Source: Candidatus Eiseniibacteriota bacterium
GTDB lineage: Bacteria > Eisenbacteria > RBG-16-71-46
Length of the DNA: 21,552 nt
Reading direction: 5' to 3'
Assembly (NCBI GenBank): GCA_031364845.1
Contig: JANLWX010000094.1
Span: 1-21,552, forward strand
Both the position numbers and the translations under genes were made by a program. The notes under the pieces are model-generated. The model worked only from the letters and a program-made list of their open reading frames with translations. It did not search any database and was not told where the DNA came from. Below, piece by piece: positions 15,950 to 21,552 of this stretch; positions within the stretch are counted from its first letter, which is position 1; each line of letters starts with the position of its first letter.

Positions 15950-18067
15950 CTACTCCGGCCGGCCCACCGTCACCTCAGCCAGCATCCGCAAAATGTCCTG
16001 CTCAATGTCGCGGATCTCGCGCTCGATTACTTCCAATTCGCGGGGCGGGGTGTAGCGGTAGAAGTAGCGATTGAAATTGATCTCGTAGCCCACAAGACCA
16101 ACTTGGCCATCCTTGGGGTCACGCTTGGATGTGTCGATCCAGGCGTCGTCGACGTGGGGCCGAACCTCGCGCTCAAAGAAGGTTTCGACAGATTCGGCGA
16201 GCGGCACGCTCTCCGTGTCGCGCTGTTCCGGATCAGGCTCGGGATTACCGTCCTTGTCGCGGCAGACGGCAGCCTTCTCGTCGCGTTCAGAGAGCGCGGA
16301 GAGGATAGCTTTTCTGGCAGGGGCCGGGATCTTTACATCGGCCTTCATCGAGGCGGCATCGAGCATACGCTCAAACTCGGCGCGGTCATTAACGAGCCCG
16401 TCGGGCAACGCGAGCACGAGCTTGCGGATCGTCTCCTGCAACTCGCGCCCTTCAGCCTGCTCCTTCGCGCCTGCAGCGCCCTTCTTCTTCGATTGCGCGA
16501 GGGCTTGGAAGCCCTTCTCCTCTTCGAGCCGTGCAATGCGTTCCGCGCTTGCCTGAAAGTTGAGCTTGAGTGGTCGTTCGACGGTGACCTTGCGGAAACC
16601 GAAGTGGGTGGTCGGGAAGATGCGGCTGACGACGACGTCCTCTTCCCTTCCGTCCCTAGTCACCTTGCGCGTCTCGCCGTCCTTGAAGTCGGACAGGATC
16701 CGCAGAATGTCCTGGGAGCGCTCGAGCGGGATCACACGGCGCTTGTCACCCAGGCTCTTGGGCATCGGGACCCAGAATGAAGTGGCGTCGACGAGCTGAA
16801 CCCTTCCTTTGCGCGCAGACACCTTGCGGTTGGTCACGACCCACACATAGGTTGCGATCCCCGTGTTGTAGAAGAGTTGCTCAGGAAGCGCGATCAGCGC
16901 CTCCAGCAGGTCGTTCTCCAAAATGAAGCGACGGATCTCGCTCTCGCCGCTGCCGGCATCGCCCGTGAAGAGCGGCGAACCGTTCATGATGATGGCAATG
17001 CGCGAACCGCCGTCCTTCGGCTGTTTCGCGTGCGCGAGCATGTGCAGGAGGAACAGGAGCTGGCCGTCGCTGATGCGCGGCACACCCGGGCCGAAACGCC
17101 CTGTGGCTCCGCGCTCATGCTCGGCACGCACCGCGGCTTCGTCGCGCTTCCAGTCCTTGCCATAGGGGGGATTCGCGATGAGGTAATCGAAGGTTTTGCC
17201 AGCATGGCGGTCGTTGGAGAGCGTACTTCCGTAGCTGATGTTGTCCGCGTCGCGACCGGTCGGCTCCTTCATGAACAGGTCAGACTTCGAGACTGCCCAG
17301 GTCTCGGGGTTCACTTCTTGACCAAACAGATGGATCTCCGCGCTTGCGTTGATCGCGGGTCGGAGAAGACCGCCATTCTTCCGGAGGCCAACGGTGATGT
17401 GCTCCTTCGTGATCATCAGCATCCCACCGGAGCCACAGCACGGGTCGTAGACGGTTCGGATCGCCTTCTTGGCGCGAATCTCCTTCTCGTCGCCAGCGAG
17501 CATAAGATCTACCATCAGGTGCACAACGTCACGCGGCGTGAAGTGCTCACCAGGGTTTTCGTTCAGCGCCTCGTTGAACTTGCGGATCAGCTCCTCGAAG
17601 ATCGTACCCATCGTCGGATTGTCAATCTTGTCCGGGTGCAGATCGAGGCTCTTGAAGCGCTCCAGCACTTGGAACAGCAGCCCTGCTTCATCGAGCTTGC
17701 TGATGGTGTTGTCGAAGTCGAACTTCTCCAGCACCTCGCGCATGTTTGGGCTGAAGCCTGCAATGTAGTTGCGCAGGTTCGCCGCTAAGTGGGGAGCATC
17801 GGCGAGAAGTTTTTCGAAGTCGTATCGGGACGTGTTGTAGAAAGCAAAGCCCGAGGCCTTGCGGAGTTGTCCGCCGAGGTCGTCGAGCTTGCTCCCGAAT
17901 CTTCCTTGAGTTTCGAGGACCTTGGTTTTGGTCGGGGCCAACACGCAGTCGAGGCGACGGAGGACCGTGAGCGGAAGGATGATGTCCTGGTACTTGCCGC
18001 GTTTGAAGGTGTCGCGGATAAGGTCCGCAACGCCCCAGAGAAAGCTGACGATCTCACTATGGTTCAC
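15950..18067 (-). CDS. hsdM: Type I R-M methyltransferase subunit (N6-adenine)
   Basis: FLWGVADLIRD, GTIFEELIRKFNE...GEHFTPRDVV, motif I VYDPCCGSGGML, motif IV ANPPY, LFYNTGIATY. The GTG start overlaps the upstream TGA. Confidence 0.96.
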   Translation of the reverse strand: MNHSEIVSFLWGVADLIRDTFKRGKYQDIILPLTVLRRLDCVLAPTKTKVLETQGRFGSKLDDLGGQLRKASGFAFYNTSRYDFEKLLADAPHLAANLRNYIAGFSPNMREVLEKFDFDNTISKLDEAGLLFQVLERFKSLDLHPDKIDNPTMGTIFEELIRKFNEALNENPGEHFTPRDVVHLMVDLMLAGDEKEIRAKKAIRTVYDPCCGSGGMLMITKEHITVGLRKNGGLLRPAINASAEIHLFGQEVNPETWAVSKSDLFMKEPTGRDADNISYGSTLSNDRHAGKTFDYLIANPPYGKDWKRDEAAVRAEHERGATGRFGPGVPRISDGQLLFLLHMLAHAKQPKDGGSRIAIIMNGSPLFTGDAGSGESEIRRFILENDLLEALIALPEQLFYNTGIATYVWVVTNRKVSARKGRVQLVDATSFWVPMPKSLGDKRRVIPLERSQDILRILSDFKDGETRKVTRDGREEDVVVSRIFPTTHFGFRKVTVERPLKLNFQASAERIARLEEEKGFQALAQSKKKGAAGAKEQAEGRELQETIRKLVLALPDGLVNDRAEFERMLDAASMKADVKIPAPARKAILSALSERDEKAAVCRDKDGNPEPDPEQRDTESVPLAESVETFFEREVRPHVDDAWIDTSKRDPKDGQVGLVGYEINFNRYFYRYTPPRELEVIEREIRDIEQDILRMLAEVTVGRPE

Positions 18068-18654
18068 TCGGTTCGCTCTCCCTTAACGTCCATGTCGGCT
18101 GCGGCATCAACAGCATTGGCGACGCCGCGCATCGCCGATGCGTGCAGTGGCGCGACGCTGCCAATGACCCCCTCGATCCATCCGAAGCAGCTCTCGAACT
18201 CTCGCGAACGCGCGGCCGCATCGCTTCCCCAGTGGTCAAATTGGCGCGCTATGAAAGGAGTTTTGCCTACCATTCGCGTTTGCACCCACTCCCACAGGTT
18301 GCGATGAGATCCGTAGCTATTCCAATTGGAAAAGTGCGCCAGTACGATTGGGCGCGTAGGAGCCTTCTCAAGCTCGCCCAAGATGTACGGCCAGTACTTG
18401 ACGAGATTGTGGACGGCGATTGCCCCTGACTCGAATTCGACAACTAGAGTATGGGAAGTCAATTCGCTGCGTAGATCGCCAAGTTCAAAGCACTCGCCAA
18501 GCTTCACGCAGCCGTCCCGCCGTACTTTCGGGTGCGGCGCCAAGGCCGCGACGTTTGACTGACGCTGGCCGCCGCTCCAAATGAAGGAGGCAGCGAACCG
18601 AGTCTCGAACGCCGCCTTGAACTCCTTGATAAACGCGGCCTGAGGAAGTCCCAT
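18064..18654 (-). CDS. Hypothetical protein (196 aa), possibly PD-(D/E)XK-like nuclease fold
   Basis: The ORF is coupled to hsdM by a GTGA overlap, has an AAGGA RBS-like element upstream and a protein-like composition. It contains GDLRS...TLVVEFES....HN.VKYW. Confidence 0.7.
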   Translation of the reverse strand: MGLPQAAFIKEFKAAFETRFAASFIWSGGQRQSNVAALAPHPKVRRDGCVKLGECFELGDLRSELTSHTLVVEFESGAIAVHNLVKYWPYILGELEKAPTRPIVLAHFSNWNSYGSHRNLWEWVQTRMVGKTPFIARQFDHWGSDAAARSREFESCFGWIEGVIGSVAPLHASAMRGVANAVDAAADMDVKGERTE

Positions 18655-18754
18655 CCCAACATCCTTCTATCTGCGCAAAGAACAGTCTTAAGACCGGGTC
18701 ATCTGCGTGGCCAACCCAATCAATTGCACTGAACGGTCGTATGCAACCGCTATG

Positions 18755-18783
18755 ATTCTATGCGCACGAGCGGGTTCGGGGAA
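18755..18783 (-). promoter_or_regulatory. Putative sigma70-type promoter for the defence operon
   Basis: TTCCCC (18783-18778), a 17-nt spacer, then TAGAAT (18760-18755), ~100 nt upstream of ATG18654. The -10 is good and the -35 is weak. Confidence 0.4.
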
Positions 18784-18821
18784 GCGGTTGTGAAGTCTCA
18801 AACCGTTTACTACCGCCGCTT

Positions 18822-19304
18822 TCACGGATCGAGCGCGCTCCTGCCCTCGAGAATGCGCTCGACGATTGTCGTCGTGCTGCGACCCTCGCGCAGCCGCACG
18901 CTCACGACCTTGCCTCCGCGGGCTTCGACGAACTCGCGGCCCACGATCCGGTCGAGCGCCCAGTCGCCGCCTTTGGCGAGCACGTCGGGCGCGACTTCCT
19001 CGATCAGCGTGAGCGGGGTGTCGTCCTCGAAGATCGCGACCATGTCGACCGACTCGAGTGCTGCCAGCAATTCGGCGCGCTCGTGTTCGGGAATCAGTGG
19101 CCGCGCGGGGCCTTTGAGCCGGCGCACTGACGCATCAGAATTGACCCCGACCACCAGCCGGTCGCCGAGCGCGCGGGCGTCCTCGAGGTATTCGACATGG
19201 CCGTAGTGCAGCAGATCGAACACGCCGTTGGTGAACACGATGCGCTCACCCGCCGTGCGCCACGCCGCGAGCGTCTCCTGCTGTACCCGGTCGAGCAGAC
19301 TCAT
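18822..19304 (-). CDS. rfaE2: D-glycero-beta-D-manno-heptose 1-phosphate adenylyltransferase (HldE domain II / HldC)
   Basis: [44 protein letters not shown]...[22 protein letters not shown]19304 overlaps the rfaE1 TGA. Confidence 0.93.
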   Translation of the reverse strand: MSLLDRVQQETLAAWRTAGERIVFTNGVFDLLHYGHVEYLEDARALGDRLVVGVNSDASVRRLKGPARPLIPEHERAELLAALESVDMVAIFEDDTPLTLIEEVAPDVLAKGGDWALDRIVGREFVEARGGKVVSVRLREGRSTTTIVERILEGRSALDP

Positions 19305-20365
19305 CCGCCGCTGCCGGCCAGCGACTCGATCAACTGCGGGGCCGTGCAGGTCCCGGTGCCGACCTCGCGGATCACGATGCCGGCCGCGTGATTCGAGAGA
19401 TAGCACGCGCTCGGATAGTCGCCGCCCGCCGCGAGCGCGATCGCCACCACGCTCACCACCGTGTCGCCCGCGCCGGTGACATCGTAGACCTCGCGCGCCA
19501 CGGTCGGCAGATACGTGTAGCGGCCGCCGCGCTCGAACAGGCTCATGCCTTCGGGGCCGCGCGTCACCAGCACCGCCTCGGCGCCGAGCCGCTGCTGCAA
19601 TCCCCACCCCACTTCGGCGAGGCTCGCATCGTCGACGATCCGCTTGCCCTGCACCCAGCCCGCTTCGTGCTGATTCGGCGTGAGGATGCTGACCCCGCGG
19701 TAGTGCTCGATGTGGCTCTCCTTGGGATCGACGCACACCGGAATCCCCGCGCGCCGCGCCGCACCGAGCGCCGCCTCGAGCGTGGCCGGATGGATCACGC
19801 CCTTGCCGTAGTCGCTCACGATCAGCGCTTCGCATTTCGGCAGTTCGCGCTCGAGCGCCGCGGACAACTTCGCCAGTGCATCGCCGGCGATGTCGGCGCG
19901 CGATTCGCGATCGGCGCGGACCACCTGCTGCGAGTGGGCGATGATGCGCGTCTTGACCGTGGTCGGCCGCGAGGAGTCTTCGATCAGCGCGGCGACGTCG
20001 ACCTTGCGATTCTCGAGTTCGCCGCGCAGCGTGCGACCCGGCTCATCGGCGCCCGCAACCGCGAACAACATCGCCTGGCCGCCCAGCGCGCGCAGATTCG
20101 CGGCGACGTTGCCCGCACCGCCGAGCGAGAACGTCTCGCGCTCGACCTCGACCACCGGCACCGGCGCCTCGGGCGAGATCCGATCGACGTGTCCCCATAG
20201 ATAACGGTCGAGCATCACGTCACCGAGCACCGCGATCCGGCGCCCCGAGAAACGAGCGATCAACGCCGTGAGGCGCTCGCGATCGAAGCGCGCGGACGCG
20301 TCCGGGGAAGCGGCGGGAGTCGTGGTAGCCGCGGGAACCGCGGGCTGCGCGGGGGTGTGTGACAT
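19301..20365 (-). CDS. rfaE1: D-glycero-beta-D-manno-heptose 7-phosphate kinase (HldE domain I / HldA, PfkB family)
   Basis: [63 protein letters not shown]. Confidence 0.94.
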   Translation of the reverse strand: MSHTPAQPAVPAATTTPAASPDASARFDRERLTALIARFSGRRIAVLGDVMLDRYLWGHVDRISPEAPVPVVEVERETFSLGGAGNVAANLRALGGQAMLFAVAGADEPGRTLRGELENRKVDVAALIEDSSRPTTVKTRIIAHSQQVVRADRESRADIAGDALAKLSAALERELPKCEALIVSDYGKGVIHPATLEAALGAARRAGIPVCVDPKESHIEHYRGVSILTPNQHEAGWVQGKRIVDDASLAEVGWGLQQRLGAEAVLVTRGPEGMSLFERGGRYTYLPTVAREVYDVTGAGDTVVSVVAIALAAGGDYPSACYLSNHAAGIVIREVGTGTCTAPQLIESLAGSGG

Positions 20366-20441
20366 GGCTTCGAACGCTACACCGCGCATTGTGGACGGTC
20401 AACGCGCATGGCATCTTCCCGCCCATACCTTCGGAGGTTCC

Positions 20442-21338
20442 ATGCCGCTCACGGTCGCCCACGAAACCCAGCTCGATGCACTCGCCGTGCTGGTCTCGCA
20501 TCCTTCGCTCGTCGCCGAGTTCGAACTGTGGCAAGGCCGCGTCGCCTCGGCGTTCGAGGATCCGTTCCATCCGCGCGAGCTGACGTGGGTCGCGCGCGAA
20601 GACGGGGTACCGGTCGCCTTCGCACTGGCCTATGTGCTGCCGAGCGCGCGCGAGTGCTTCGCGATGATCCGGGTCGGAGTGCTCGAGTCTCATCGCCGCC
20701 GAGGCATCGGAACGCAGTTGCTCGAACGGGCGCTTCCGGCCGTGCACGCCTACGCGCCTGACTGTCACGAGGTGTCGATCAGCGCCTGGCTTCCGAACGA
20801 AGGCGCCAGCGGATTCGCGGAACGACACGGGCTCGCGCACGCGCGCTATTTCTGGCTGATGGAGCGCCCGCGCGGCGCGGCCCCCGAGGTGGCATTACCC
20901 GAGGGCGTCGAGCTCAAGTTGTACGACGGCAGCGAGGAGTCGTTGCGCGACTGGAACGAGGTCTACAACGCTTCGTTCGCCAAGCACTATCACTTCGTGC
21001 GGTCGTCGTTGGACGACGCGCGCCAGCTGGCCTCACGTCCGGAGTTCCGCCGCGACGGCCTGGCGCTCGCGTATCGCGAGGGGCGTTGCGTGGGGCTCTG
21101 CCGCAACGAGTTGATGGATCACCGTGGAGAGATCGGGGTGCTCGGAACGGCACCTGAAGCACGCCGCATCGGACTCGGGCGGGCGTTGTTGCGCTGGGGT
21201 GTTGGGTGGCTCGAGGCGCAGAATGCTCCGCAAGTGACGTTGCTGGTCGACGGAGAAAACGAAGACGCGCTGGCGCTGTATCGATCGGAAGGCTTTGCGG
21301 TGACGAAGACTCGCGAGGTGTGGTCGAAGACGTTCTGA
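20442..21338 (+). CDS. Tandem-domain GNAT acetyltransferase (MshD-like architecture)
   Basis: Two acetyl-CoA-binding motifs (V..SHRRRGIGTQLL and APEARRIGLGRALL) and C-terminal L.VD.EN..ALALY.SEGF. A GGAGG RBS (20433-20437) precedes ATG20442. Confidence 0.85.
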   Translation: MPLTVAHETQLDALAVLVSHPSLVAEFELWQGRVASAFEDPFHPRELTWVAREDGVPVAFALAYVLPSARECFAMIRVGVLESHRRRGIGTQLLERALPAVHAYAPDCHEVSISAWLPNEGASGFAERHGLAHARYFWLMERPRGAAPEVALPEGVELKLYDGSEESLRDWNEVYNASFAKHYHFVRSSLDDARQLASRPEFRRDGLALAYREGRCVGLCRNELMDHRGEIGVLGTAPEARRIGLGRALLRWGVGWLEAQNAPQVTLLVDGENEDALALYRSEGFAVTKTREVWSKTF

Positions 21339-21366
21339 CTTCCTATCGAAGGCTGGGGCTCTCGGT

Positions 21367-21413
21367 CGGAGGCGGAGGGAGACCCGCTGCGCGCGAGACG
21401 GAGGCGGAGGGAG
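21367..21413. repeat. 15-bp exact direct repeat CGGAGGCGGAGGGAG
   Basis: Copies at 21367-21381 and 21399-21413. Confidence 0.7.
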
Positions 21414-21453
21414 CGAGCGGTTCGAAGTCCAAACCTGCGATCGGAGTCCTTGG

Positions 21454-21482
21454 TGCTGAACTGTCCGCATGGACAGTTCGCA
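21454..21482. other. Stem-loop (GAACTGTCC-GCAT-GGACAGTTC core)
   Basis: Perfect 9-bp inverted repeat at 21458-21466 / 21471-21479, extendable by TGC/GCA with one bulge. No U-tract follows. Confidence 0.55.
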
Positions 21483-21552
21483 GGCCATCGGTTTCGGGCC
21501 TTGGAGTGTGATCGTCCGCGCGGCGGGAGTGAGTGGCGATCGCGCAGCGACG

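Noticed and set aside
7493..18654. Island as an autonomous mobile element or prophage
   Set aside because: No integrase, transposase, relaxase, phage gene, tRNA target or convincing long att repeat was seen.
1204..20200. Numerous long + strand ORFs (e.g. 1815-2699, 4693-5781, 8768-9697, 16877-17788, 19388-20200)
   Set aside because: These are antisense shadows of well-supported - strand genes, expected in high-GC DNA, and show no family motifs.
20442..21338. Calling the GNAT mshD (mycothiol synthase)
   Set aside because: Only the tandem-GNAT architecture is shared. There is no mycothiol context, and LPS-heptose and flagellar genes point to a diderm host.
21399..21480. Intact tRNA gene on the - strand
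   Set aside because: There is no CCA end, the T-arm spacing is wrong, and no anticodon or D arms can be folded.

Overview
GC-rich bacterial genomic DNA, with almost all real genes on the - strand. The left end holds a decayed region: a sigma28-type promoter, a motA 5' fragment, and an abrupt join to a broken GT9/TPR-type glycosyltransferase remnant. Next come a polysaccharide deacetylase plus formyltransferase pair and a housekeeping operon (aldehyde dehydrogenase-sucC-sucD-ndk) in which SucD has a 75-aa basic tail. An ~11.2-kb defence island (7493-18654) follows, in transcription order: orphan PD-(D/E)XK-like ORF, hsdM, abiEi, abiEii, DUF262/DUF1524 (GmrSD-like), hsdS, hsdR. The right end carries the split ADP-heptose genes (rfaE1/rfaE2) and a tandem GNAT acetyltransferase. 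Two signals stand out. HsdR carries a C-terminal Schlafen/AlbA_2 domain with its acidic catalytic residues intact, suggesting a type I R-M enzyme covalently fused to a putative tRNase. Tandem palindromic AbiEi-type operators cover an internal, probably leaderless promoter that heads a translationally coupled abiEi-abiEii-gmrSD-hsdS-hsdR chain. All family calls come from motif recognition by eye; no database searches were run.
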